NCBI GenBank assembly: GCA_025839675.1
Contig: CP104013.1
Location: forward strand, 1,020,001-1,052,000
From: Candidatus Lokiarchaeum ossiferum
GTDB taxonomy: Archaea > Asgardarchaeota > Lokiarchaeia > Sigyniarchaeales > Promethearchaeaceae
Length of the DNA stretch: 32,000 nt
Direction: 5' to 3'
Below are positions 8,080 through 16,068 of this stretch, piece after piece; position 1 is the first letter of the stretch, and each line of letters starts with the position of its first letter. A model generated the notes under the pieces. The model saw only the letters and a program-made list of their open reading frames with translations. It ran no database searches and was not told where the DNA came from. Position numbers and translations under genes: made by a program.

Positions 8080-9423
8080 TTATTCGTTTTTATCCATAGC
8101 CAGAGAATTTCGCGACTCGAAAGAAAGCCGTTTATCCAACTTCTCAATTAATTCACCTAAAGTTTTGCCGGTGACATTTTGGCTGAGAAAAGCAACCGAA
8201 GATACCCCATATTTAAGAATATTGACTGCTTTTACAACTAAAGCCATATTCGTTTTGGTATGTATCACAGAATAATCCATTTCACCAAAACCAGGTGTTT
8301 CTTTTAAAATGGACTGTTGATTTTTAACAAGGTTGATAATATGAGAAATATCATCCAAATCCATATCTGCAGTGGCTTTTTGGCTGATTACGACATTATC
8401 ATCGTTTAGAAGAAAAATGGCACTTTTTGCTTGATCTTTAATTACATCATTGCAAAAATCTTCTATGGAATTACCTACTTTTGATAGATCATTCAAGATA
8501 ATTTGCATTGATCTAAATAGAGTGTGAATTAGTTCGGGTTGAATCGAAGTGAATATTGTTTTGATCCCATAGTCATTATCCAAGATCTGTTTGATTTCCA
8601 AGAATTGTTTTGCCTTCTCTTGATTTGTTCCAGCAAGTAAATCAATCTTATGGCAAAAAGCATAGATTGTTGCATTTGCCGCGGTGGAATTTTTGGCATT
8701 TATAATACTATCCAAATTTCCAAGAACCTTTTCTCGCTCTTCTTCCCAATTTTTTACATCAAAAATATATATTACGATATCAGATTCTTCAAAAGCGATC
8801 ATTCGTTCAAAACTATTCTGAGGAGAAACATATGATTCAAATTCTTGGCCAGAAGAATCCACAATACCTACTTCTGCATCGAGCCATGAATACACAAAAT
8901 GGGCTAATCCACGAGTCGGTTCTGGTGCAGCTTGTCCAAGTAATATGCTAGGATCTACACCATCAAAGAATGCTTTTTTAATACACGTTTTTCCTGCTGA
9001 AGGAAATCCAATAAACAATAATTTTCGAGAAGCTTGTTGTTGATAAAATAGTTTGGCGAATTCTGAAAAAGTCAGAGCCCGATCTCGTTTATTCCGATTA
9101 TAAAATGATTCTAATTGATCGGCTAATAAACCATAAAATTCTTTCACAGTATTGGTCTCATCAGCAGCTAATATTAACACAATCAATTCAATTTCATTGG
9201 TACCATAGATATGTTTTGTATTTACCAAAATAATTTTGTCATTATACTTTAATTCTAATACACCCTCGTCTTCACTATCCGTTCCAGTGATAATATTTAC
9301 GATCTTTTGGATTAAACCACGTGATATATTGAATTCTTTCGGATAAGAACTATCTAAAAATCCTTTGAACTTGTTCGAGGGAGGTGTTTCTTTTACAGTA
9401 ATTAATGCAAGACCTAAGGGCAT
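8080..9423 (-). CDS. Three-domain small GTPase: N-terminal longin-like alpha/beta domain, Rag/Gtr1-like GTPase, C-terminal roadblock domain
   Basis: G1 is GFPSAGKT (8986-9009). G3 is VDSSGQE. G4 is HKID (8641-8652), the HKxD variant typical of Rag/Gtr1. VIYIFDVKN, IYAFCHKIDLL and TSIQPE parallel RagA LIYVFDVES, IFCLVHKMDLV and TSIWDE (recalled from memory). The C-terminal ~120 aa (AKSAIFLLNDDNVVISQ...MALVVKAVN) are roadblock-like. The start is moved to ATG 9423 (MPLGLALI); the track's TTG at 9528 adds 35 hydrophobic, low-quality residues. Confidence 0.8.
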   Translation of the reverse strand: MPLGLALITVKETPPSNKFKGFLDSSYPKEFNISRGLIQKIVNIITGTDSEDEGVLELKYNDKIILVNTKHIYGTNEIELIVLILAADETNTVKEFYGLLADQLESFYNRNKRDRALTFSEFAKLFYQQQASRKLLFIGFPSAGKTCIKKAFFDGVDPSILLGQAAPEPTRGLAHFVYSWLDAEVGIVDSSGQEFESYVSPQNSFERMIAFEESDIVIYIFDVKNWEEEREKVLGNLDSIINAKNSTAANATIYAFCHKIDLLAGTNQEKAKQFLEIKQILDNDYGIKTIFTSIQPELIHTLFRSMQIILNDLSKVGNSIEDFCNDVIKDQAKSAIFLLNDDNVVISQKATADMDLDDISHIINLVKNQQSILKETPGFGEMDYSVIHTKTNMALVVKAVNILKYGVSSVAFLSQNVTGKTLGELIEKLDKRLSFESRNSLAMDKNE

Positions 9424-9734
9424 ACTAAGGTTGTATCGAAAAATTATAAATATAAAATTATGGTTGGAAAGTTGTTTTAAAGAAATTCCAAGAAAGTTTC
9501 CAACAAAACTAAAATAAAACCACGTCAATTCAAAAATTAAATTTTATTTACTGTCATTTTTTCTTGGTAAAATGAAAATAGGAAAAACTGTTAAACTTTT
9601 AACCATAAACTAAAATATTAACATAAGTGATTGATTATTTGAATAAATGAATGTCTTCACAAATATCTAAAGCGCAATAGATAGACATCAAGAAATTTCT
9701 TATTTTCAATTTTAACTATTTTAAGGGTATTCTC

Positions 9735-10925
9735 ATGAAAAAGAATTATTCGATTATTCCAAAATTATTAGCTAAAGATACAAGATTAGCAAGATATGCC
9801 CTATATTCATTTGCAAGACAATATAAAGCCAAAAGAATTGATCGAAGACTATATCGAGGTAATGCAGGGAAGGTGGCATTACTCTATTTTCGAATTACCC
9901 CACTTTGCAACTTGCATTGTGTTATGTGTGGTCAAAGAGGAGATAAAGGGATATTAAAAGGTAAGTTTGCGGCAGAAGAAGCAAAAACCATAGTCCCAGT
10001 ACAACGGTATAAAGAACTCATAGATGAAATTAAAGGACATCATCCAGCATTATATTTTTGGGGAGGAGAACCATTTATGTACCCTGATTTTATGGAATTA
10101 ATTCAATATGCTGTCAAAAATAAATGTCTTGCATCTGTGAACACAAATGGCACATTCTTAGCCAAACACGCAGAGCAAATCGTTAGAGACGAGTGGCCAG
10201 CATTATTTGTATCATTAGATGGCTTTGAAGATATCAATGATGAAATTCGAGGAAAAGGATCGTATAGAAGGGTTGTTGATGGTTTTGCAGCAATCAATGC
10301 AGAAAAGAAGAAACAAGGTAAACACCTCCCTCATATGGGCATTGTCACAACGGTTAGTAATAAAAACTATCTTTATTTAGACAAATTAGCAGAAGCAGCC
10401 AAAAATTTTGGCTTATCATGGCACATTATTAATTTAGGAACATATACCAATGATAAAATTGTGGAAACCCATAAAAAAGAACTTCGCGAAAAATTGGGTG
10501 TTGAGAGTCGCTGCTTGGAGGCCTATAATACGGGATACAACGAAGGTATTGATGGAGATAAATTCAACATAATTCTTGAAAAAATCCATGCAATGAAAAA
10601 TGGATATCCTATTATTACGGTTCCAGCCATTAATCCGAAGAAAATTACTGAGTACTACGCAAATCCAGAAGTTGTTGTCAGGAAAAATTGCCCCGTACCA
10701 TGGTCGCAAGCAAACATTGACTATAATGGTAATGTTCATTTTTGCGCAGATTATAATGAATATAAAATAGGAAATATCAAAGAAAACTCGTTCAACGAAA
10801 TTTTTACAGGAGAAAGGGCAAAAAAATTCAGGAAAGAATTAAAAAACAGCCCTGATGGGATTTTCCGGGGATGTTTAAGATGTTATCAAAACATGCTCTT
10901 TGGAGAACGTGTTATAGGATATTAA
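9735..10925 (+). CDS. Radical SAM enzyme with a C-terminal SPASM/twitch-type auxiliary cluster domain
   Basis: CNLHCVMCGQ (CxxxCxxC), FWGGEPF (GGE motif), and C-terminal cysteines in CPVPWSQANIDYNGNVHFCADY...GCLRCYQN. Confidence 0.85.
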   Translation: MKKNYSIIPKLLAKDTRLARYALYSFARQYKAKRIDRRLYRGNAGKVALLYFRITPLCNLHCVMCGQRGDKGILKGKFAAEEAKTIVPVQRYKELIDEIKGHHPALYFWGGEPFMYPDFMELIQYAVKNKCLASVNTNGTFLAKHAEQIVRDEWPALFVSLDGFEDINDEIRGKGSYRRVVDGFAAINAEKKKQGKHLPHMGIVTTVSNKNYLYLDKLAEAAKNFGLSWHIINLGTYTNDKIVETHKKELREKLGVESRCLEAYNTGYNEGIDGDKFNIILEKIHAMKNGYPIITVPAINPKKITEYYANPEVVVRKNCPVPWSQANIDYNGNVHFCADYNEYKIGNIKENSFNEIFTGERAKKFRKELKNSPDGIFRGCLRCYQNMLFGERVIGY

Positions 10926-10993
10926 TGCAATAAATTTAATTCTTTTTTCCTAAGGTAGATCCTAACAAATTTACCAAGAAATTTTTTTCACCC

Positions 10994-11659
10994 TTAATCG
11001 AATATAATAAAAGGTGATTTATATTCACAAATCAGATATCTTAATTCTTTATTAAGAGTTTTCATGTTATCTCCCATAATTTTTACAGTACGTCCCATTC
11101 CTGCATTTATTTGATCCAACTTGGCATTAATTTCAGCCATCGAAATTGGAGGAATTGTTTGATTTGAAAAATCTACATTAACCGATTCCATAGAAAGAGG
11201 TTGTGTAGGAGTTGAAGATGATGAATTTGTAATAGGACGCATCAAAGGGGGTGCAGGCATTGGAGGCCTCATTGTGGTAGATTCTTGAGATAAACGATCT
11301 AATTGTAAAGGAGTTACATTTGATGTGGCAGGTGATTGGGATTGTGGAGTTGAAGCAGAAGCAGAAAGATTCGAAATTGGGGTTTGTATGGGTGGTGACA
11401 CACTTTGAGGGGAAGTATCTTTTTTTGGAGCCATTTGTGCAAGGAGATTCGGACTAATTTGAGCATAGTTTGTCTCTCCATATTTTAGATCATAATCATC
11501 TGGATGACGAATTTTCATGTGGCTAACAAGAAAATCTCGCTTATCAAACCCGGTTCCACAAAATTCACAAGTATATTTCTTCTTTTTCTTCGCATACAAC
11601 TTCTTAACTTTAGATGCAATTCGAGTTTTAATTTCATCATCAGTTAAATCGTTTTCCAT
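10994..11659 (-). CDS. C2H2 zinc-finger protein with a long S/T/P/Q-rich disordered region and a C-terminal helix
   Basis: YTCEFCGTGFDKRDFLVSHMKIRH fits Y-x-C-x2-C-x3-F-x5-L-x2-H-x4-H exactly (11504-11575). A lysine-rich stretch (KKKKK) lies just upstream. The central ~110 aa are low complexity. Confidence 0.75.
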   Translation of the reverse strand: MENDLTDDEIKTRIASKVKKLYAKKKKKYTCEFCGTGFDKRDFLVSHMKIRHPDDYDLKYGETNYAQISPNLLAQMAPKKDTSPQSVSPPIQTPISNLSASASTPQSQSPATSNVTPLQLDRLSQESTTMRPPMPAPPLMRPITNSSSSTPTQPLSMESVNVDFSNQTIPPISMAEINAKLDQINAGMGRTVKIMGDNMKTLNKELRYLICEYKSPFIIFD

Positions 11660-11702
11660 AAGTAATCATCTCATTTTCAATCAGAGAAAGATGTATCGCA
11701 GA

Positions 11703-12254
11703 TTATAGACTGGAAAATACAAAAGCCATCAGTTCGTTACGCGATGAGCCTTTCCCCATTTTTTCCATGAAGACCATTAATTTAAGTTGGGTATATAGCT
11801 TTTCATAATCATCGACAGAATCATTTGTCCCAGAAATCAATGTCATTAACATTGGATCCGTCTTGGATGTATGGGAAAGTATGAATTGTATGCACATTTT
11901 TATTTGTTTTAAGACAGATTTTTCCAACTCTGTACATGCCGGTAAGAGATATGAGGTGTCAGGCATATAAGACATCGGTTGTTCAACTCGTACTTGTTCT
12001 GGAGGGGGAGTTGGAGGTTCTTGAACGGGAGGTTCATAGGTATCTGGAGGAGGTTGTGCATTTACATCTTTCCATCGATCCAGAATACTATTGAGATTTT
12101 GATTATTTTGACGTTTTGTTGTGGTGCGTTTCCTGGTATTTTCTGCTTTAGAACTTAACATACGCAACTTATCTTCGAGGGATTCCAGTTCACTCATCAA
12201 TAATTGCTTATTTTCCCGTGATTTTTGCAGACCAGTTATTTTTTTTGACATCAT
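11703..12254 (-). CDS. Hypothetical protein: N-terminal coiled coil, basic stretch, poly-proline linker, C-terminal helical domain
   Basis: ATG-ATG start. Heptad-like LMSELESLEDKLRMLSS. PPPDTYEPPVQEPPTPPPEQ lies at 11997-12056. The C-terminal ~90 aa look folded and helical. No family recognised. Confidence 0.55.
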   Translation of the reverse strand: MMSKKITGLQKSRENKQLLMSELESLEDKLRMLSSKAENTRKRTTTKRQNNQNLNSILDRWKDVNAQPPPDTYEPPVQEPPTPPPEQVRVEQPMSYMPDTSYLLPACTELEKSVLKQIKMCIQFILSHTSKTDPMLMTLISGTNDSVDDYEKLYTQLKLMVFMEKMGKGSSRNELMAFVFSSL

Positions 12255-12282
12255 AGCACACCGTATAAGAGAGTAGAAGATT

Positions 12283-13044
12283 TTATCGTTTTTTATTCAT
12301 CATCATAGACATAAAACCTGCGAGCCATGCAGAATTTCCTTGATCATCGTTTGTCGGTTGCATACCCCCTCCAAACATTTTCGGTTCAAATAAGTATTGC
12401 AATAACTCATATTCGTGTTGAAATTTATCAAGTTTTTTAATTAATAAATCTAAGTATTCCTTGGACCCTTTTTCATAAGTAGAAAGTTTTTCTTCGTTTT
12501 CATTATCATTTTTCTTCAAAAGATTTGTTAGAAGAAGTGTAGTAACTGCATCTTGTCCACCCGCCATACCTGCAGCATTAGCAGCACTAGCAATCCCACC
12601 CATTCCATTAGACTTAGTACCAGCCGAATTACCTGTAGAATCCCCAGTAGGTAAAACAGAACCACTATCTCCACCACTGGCTAAACTTCCTCCACGACGA
12701 TTGAATAAATCCACAAACATATTCATATTCTTGTTCAAGCTTTCCATAGTAGAATGGACTTCATTGATAGAATCAACTGTTTTTTCAATTTTTGTGAGCA
12801 TTGGTCCTGTTGCTGCATTTGAATTATTTACTGCTCCAGAGGTTGATTGAGAATTAGTTTGAGCTTGGGCTTGGGCGATCTGTTGTGCCATAGAGTTAGC
12901 AGCAGTATTTGTGCTACCTTGTGCTTGGGGCTTGTTTTTCAACAAAGCCGCTTTTACTTGATCCTTTACAGAGCTTCCAGCACCTTGGTCTTTACCTTTC
13001 AGCATAGTTTTGAGGCCCTGTACGTTTTGGGATTGCTCAGCCAT
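12283..13044 (-). CDS. Hypothetical low-complexity (Q/A/G/S/N-rich) protein with two helical segments and a C-terminal amphipathic tail
   Basis: ATG at 13044 (MAEQSQ); the track's GTG at 13056 adds 4 aa. Long Q/A and G/S tracts flank the helices KIEKTVDSINEVHSTMESLNKNMNMFVDLF and KEYLDLLIKKLDKFQHEYELLQYLF. The tail is WLAGFMSMMMNKKR. Confidence 0.55.
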   Translation of the reverse strand: MAEQSQNVQGLKTMLKGKDQGAGSSVKDQVKAALLKNKPQAQGSTNTAANSMAQQIAQAQAQTNSQSTSGAVNNSNAATGPMLTKIEKTVDSINEVHSTMESLNKNMNMFVDLFNRRGGSLASGGDSGSVLPTGDSTGNSAGTKSNGMGGIASAANAAGMAGGQDAVTTLLLTNLLKKNDNENEEKLSTYEKGSKEYLDLLIKKLDKFQHEYELLQYLFEPKMFGGGMQPTNDDQGNSAWLAGFMSMMMNKKR

Positions 13045-13742
13045 TGAAATTAACACCGGATGTTATATTTTTTGAGATTATGCAAATCTAAACGATTTAT
13101 CTATATTACAGCATGTAATATCTCAATAATATATCTTAATCCTTCACTTTTTACTAATAGAGAGGAATAATCTACACTATTTGTATCTGCATTATAAGAA
13201 AAATTCCAAAAAAGAATCATATAAGAAACATTATGTGTTTTTACATCAAATCTAACAAAAGATAGTTGGAGTTTATATCCGACGCATACAATCCCATCTA
13301 TTGCATTCATTAAACAGGTTTACTTTAGAAATATTCGACGATTTTTTCCAAAAATAGTTCTATAAATATGATTGCTTTTTTGGTATACATAAGAACTATC
13401 ATCGAAGGAAAAAAAAGTGCAGAAATATTCCAAACTTTTCAAGTCGCAGGAAGCGAAGAAACATGATGTCCTTCGCTTAAATGAACTTCTTATGAGATAT
13501 GAAGAAGCTCCGATTGATTTAATTGAAAAAACTATAAAACGAAAGCTCGTCTAGTATTTTTTTTCATTTCATTATCTTTTTTTTATGCTTGTTTTGCAAT
13601 ATTGTCTTTTTATTCTCAGAAATACAATAATTCATAAAGTCGATTTTTGATCATCCGAGAATTCCGAGATGTAAGAGAAGCGAAACAGTTTTTAACTTCT
13701 CAGTAAAATTACTAGTAAAAACCTTTTCAAAGTTGATCAAAA

Positions 13743-14795
13743 GTGGAAATGCAAAAAGTGAAAATCCTCGCGGAAGGCGAAGGAGAATTAGTAGGGTGGC
13801 ATGATCCGGACGAAAATCGGGCGTGGATGAAACAAAAATCCCGGGCCATTAAAGATAAGCAAACGACACTGACAGAAGCAGTCGATAAATATGTAAACGA
13901 CGGAGATGTTATTGCCATGGGAGGATTTGGCCATGTAAGAGTAAGTATGGCAGCAATCTTTGAAATGATCCGCCAAAAAAAACGTAATTTGACTATGCTT
14001 GGGAAAACAGGATGTCATGATATTGATGTAATGATAGGCGGCGGAATAATTAGTAAAGTAGAAGTAGCATATTCTTTCGGGCATGAAATGCGTGGATTAT
14101 CAAAATGTGGAAGACAAGCTGTACAGTCTGGTAAGGTGAAAGTGACTTCTGAAATAAGCAATGCAGGCCACCAATGGCGCTTTTTAGGAGGAATGATGGG
14201 TGTTCCATTTATTCCAACCCGAACTATGCTCGGATCTGATACTTTTAGGAAATCTTCCGCAAAAGTCATTGAAGATCCATGGACTAAAAAACCGATTTGC
14301 TTAGTACCTTCGGCAAATCCCGATATAGTTATTATCCACGTTCCCCGATGCGATAAATTTGGAAATTGTTTATATGACGGATATATTGTAGAAGACTTTG
14401 AGCTCGCCCGATCAGCCCGTCGATTGATCATTACAACCGAAGAAATCATTGACAATGAGGTTATTAGACAAAATCCAGAACGGACGGTAATACCAGGATT
14501 CTTCGTCGATGCAGTAGTACAAGTAAAATATGGGGCTCACCCATCAAATCTTCCAGGATATTATTACTCAGACGAAGAAGCAATCAGTGAGTGGTTAGAT
14601 CTTTCCCCAACTGAAGAAGGATTGACACAATGGTTTGATAAATATGTTTATGGCGTGAAAAATTTTGAAGAATATCTTGAATTAAATGGTGGAATAGAAC
14701 GAATGAAATTTTTAGAAGAAGTAGAACATTATCGAGCGGAAGTGAAAGCACCGTGGCTAGATCGTAAGCTTGGAAAAACAGGAGGCAAGAAATAA
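13743..14795 (+). CDS. gctA: Class I CoA-transferase subunit A, glutaconate-CoA-transferase GctA-like
   Basis: KYVNDGDVIAMGGFG and IITTEEIIDNEVIRQNPERTVIPGFFVDAVVQVKYGAHPS closely parallel GctA KYVHSGDHIALGGFT and IVTCEEIISDEEIRRDPTKNDIPGMCVDAVVLAPYGAHPS (recalled from memory). The start is GTG at 13743 or ATG at 13749. Confidence 0.85.
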   Translation: MEMQKVKILAEGEGELVGWHDPDENRAWMKQKSRAIKDKQTTLTEAVDKYVNDGDVIAMGGFGHVRVSMAAIFEMIRQKKRNLTMLGKTGCHDIDVMIGGGIISKVEVAYSFGHEMRGLSKCGRQAVQSGKVKVTSEISNAGHQWRFLGGMMGVPFIPTRTMLGSDTFRKSSAKVIEDPWTKKPICLVPSANPDIVIIHVPRCDKFGNCLYDGYIVEDFELARSARRLIITTEEIIDNEVIRQNPERTVIPGFFVDAVVQVKYGAHPSNLPGYYYSDEEAISEWLDLSPTEEGLTQWFDKYVYGVKNFEEYLELNGGIERMKFLEEVEHYRAEVKAPWLDRKLGKTGGKK

Positions 14796-15571
14796 TGAGC
14801 GAGGAAAACTACTATACTGCAACTCATCTTATGGCAGTAACTGCCGCAAAATTATTGTTAGATGAACGTTCTATTTTTGTAGGTACAGGACTTCCCATGA
14901 TCGCAGCCATGTTTGCTCAACGAACCCATGCTCCCAATTTACTCATGATTTTTGAAGCAGGATCTATTGGCACACAACTGAAATCCTTGCCTATATCTGT
15001 TGGAGATTCTCGAACAGGCCATCGTGCCATTTCCATTAGCACTATGCATGACAATATGTCATTCTGCCAAAATGGATGGGTTGACTATGGGTTCTTGGGG
15101 GGAGCAGAGATCGATAAATATGGAAATTTAAACACCACCTTTATCGGCAATACATGGGATAAACCTAAAGTCAGATTACCTGGATCTGGCGGAGGAAATG
15201 ATGTAGCATCCCTCAGTCAAAATTTCTTTATAGTCATGCGACAATCCAAGCGTAATTTTGTGGATAAAGTATCTTTCATAACGAGCCCAGGATATTTAGA
15301 TGGCCCGGGAGCCCGAGAAAGGGCAGGACTTCCCGCTAATGGAGGACCAGTCAAAGTTATCACTCAACTAGCAGTTTATGGGTTTGATGAAAAGACTAAA
15401 ATCATGAAAGTGGAACAAATTCATCCTGGGGTGACCATTGAAGATATCAAGAATAATCTCAGTTTTGAGGTTATCATTCCTGATGAAATCCAAACAACTA
15501 CACCTCCAACAAAGGAAGAAGTCGCCCTCTTAAGAGAATTGGATCCTCAAGGGATGGCTGTAGGAAAGTAA
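14795..15571 (+). CDS. gctB: Class I CoA-transferase subunit B, GctB-like
   Basis: VGTGLPMIAAMFAQR, IFEAGSIG (catalytic Glu context), LPGSGGGNDVAS and ITSPGYLDGPGARERAGLP match GctB blocks. The start overlaps the gctA stop (TAATG) and GGAGG lies 9 nt upstream. Confidence 0.85.
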   Translation: MSEENYYTATHLMAVTAAKLLLDERSIFVGTGLPMIAAMFAQRTHAPNLLMIFEAGSIGTQLKSLPISVGDSRTGHRAISISTMHDNMSFCQNGWVDYGFLGGAEIDKYGNLNTTFIGNTWDKPKVRLPGSGGGNDVASLSQNFFIVMRQSKRNFVDKVSFITSPGYLDGPGARERAGLPANGGPVKVITQLAVYGFDEKTKIMKVEQIHPGVTIEDIKNNLSFEVIIPDEIQTTTPPTKEEVALLRELDPQGMAVGK

Positions 15572-15589
15572 TATTTTTCTTCTCCTTAC

Positions 15590-15598
15590 TTTTTTTTT
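15590..15598 (+). terminator. Oligo-T tract after the CoA-transferase pair (candidate archaeal terminator)
   Basis: A T9 run begins about 19 nt after the stop at 15571. Confidence 0.3.
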
Positions 15599-15667
15599 GG
15601 TATTTTAGTGCTATTTAGACTGTTTTAAAATCCCAAGTTTTACATTTGGGCAAGAATTCAATCACTC

Positions 15668-16027
15668 ATGAATACCTCCCCAAAAAAATGCATCCCATGG
15701 GATAATGAAGTGAATTTTGCCATCACACTTAGTGATCAAGATGGAAAAATATTGCACATGAATAAAAAATCCGAAAGCACGTTTCTTAAAGGAAAAGAAG
15801 ACGATTTGATTGGAAAAAATGTTTTGGATTGTCATCCCCCGGCAGCGAAAGCAAAATTAACAGATCTACTAAAATCCCATGAAACAAATGCTTATACAAT
15901 TGAAAAAAATGGGCAAAAAAAACTCATTTACCAGACCCCATGGTATGAAAATGGAGAATTTCGCGGTTTGGTGGAATTGAGTCTCGTATTACCAAAGAAC
16001 ATGCCACATTATATTCGAAAGAACTAA
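15668..16027 (+). CDS. Small stand-alone PAS-like domain protein (CHPP-motif type)
   Basis: ITLSDQDGKILHMNKKSE..F.......LIGKNVLDCHPP...KL.DLL......AYTIEKNGQKKLIYQTPWYENGEFRGLVELS has the pattern I associate with the PAS domain found at the end of DUF438-type proteins. Confidence 0.7.
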   Translation: MNTSPKKCIPWDNEVNFAITLSDQDGKILHMNKKSESTFLKGKEDDLIGKNVLDCHPPAAKAKLTDLLKSHETNAYTIEKNGQKKLIYQTPWYENGEFRGLVELSLVLPKNMPHYIRKN

Positions 16028-16068
16028 TGGAATTGAAGAAGAAGCGAAAATCAAAAAAAGGAACAAAA

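Noticed and set aside
3220-8835. Short ORFs 3220-3408, 4409-4609, 4606-4797, 5730-5918, 5980-6165, 6787-7029, 7604-7828 and 8650-8835
   Set aside because: Each is antisense to, or out of frame within, a longer ORF with recognisable family motifs. This is typical of chance ORFs in AT-rich DNA.
9424-9528. TTG-initiated 35-aa N-terminal extension of the GTPase ORF (and likewise 1805-1999 for the Roadblock ORF)
   Set aside because: The extension is hydrophobic and low quality (MTWFYFSFVGNFLGISL...). An ATG at 9423 starts directly at a plausible first beta-strand. The extension overlaps what is more likely promoter DNA.
9572-9613. 13-aa ORF (MKIGKTVKLLTIN) as a RiPP precursor for the radical SAM/SPASM enzyme
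   Set aside because: It has no Cys or other typical crosslink residues and no leader-like features. An ORF this short is expected by chance.
10103-13047. ORFs 10103-10297, 10434-10739, 11517-11708 and 12847-13047
   Set aside because: They are antisense to the radical SAM gene, the zinc-finger gene and the low-complexity gene. No motifs are present.
13101-13310. 69-aa minus-strand ORF upstream of the low-complexity operon
   Set aside because: No motif, odd composition, and it sits where the operon promoter is expected. It is kept only as a remark in the long-intergenic finding.
13727-14455. ORFs 13727-13918, 13788-14084 and 14015-14455 (the last is 146 aa)
   Set aside because: All are antisense to gctA, whose translation matches GctA blocks closely. 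The relatively higher G+C here lengthens chance antisense ORFs.
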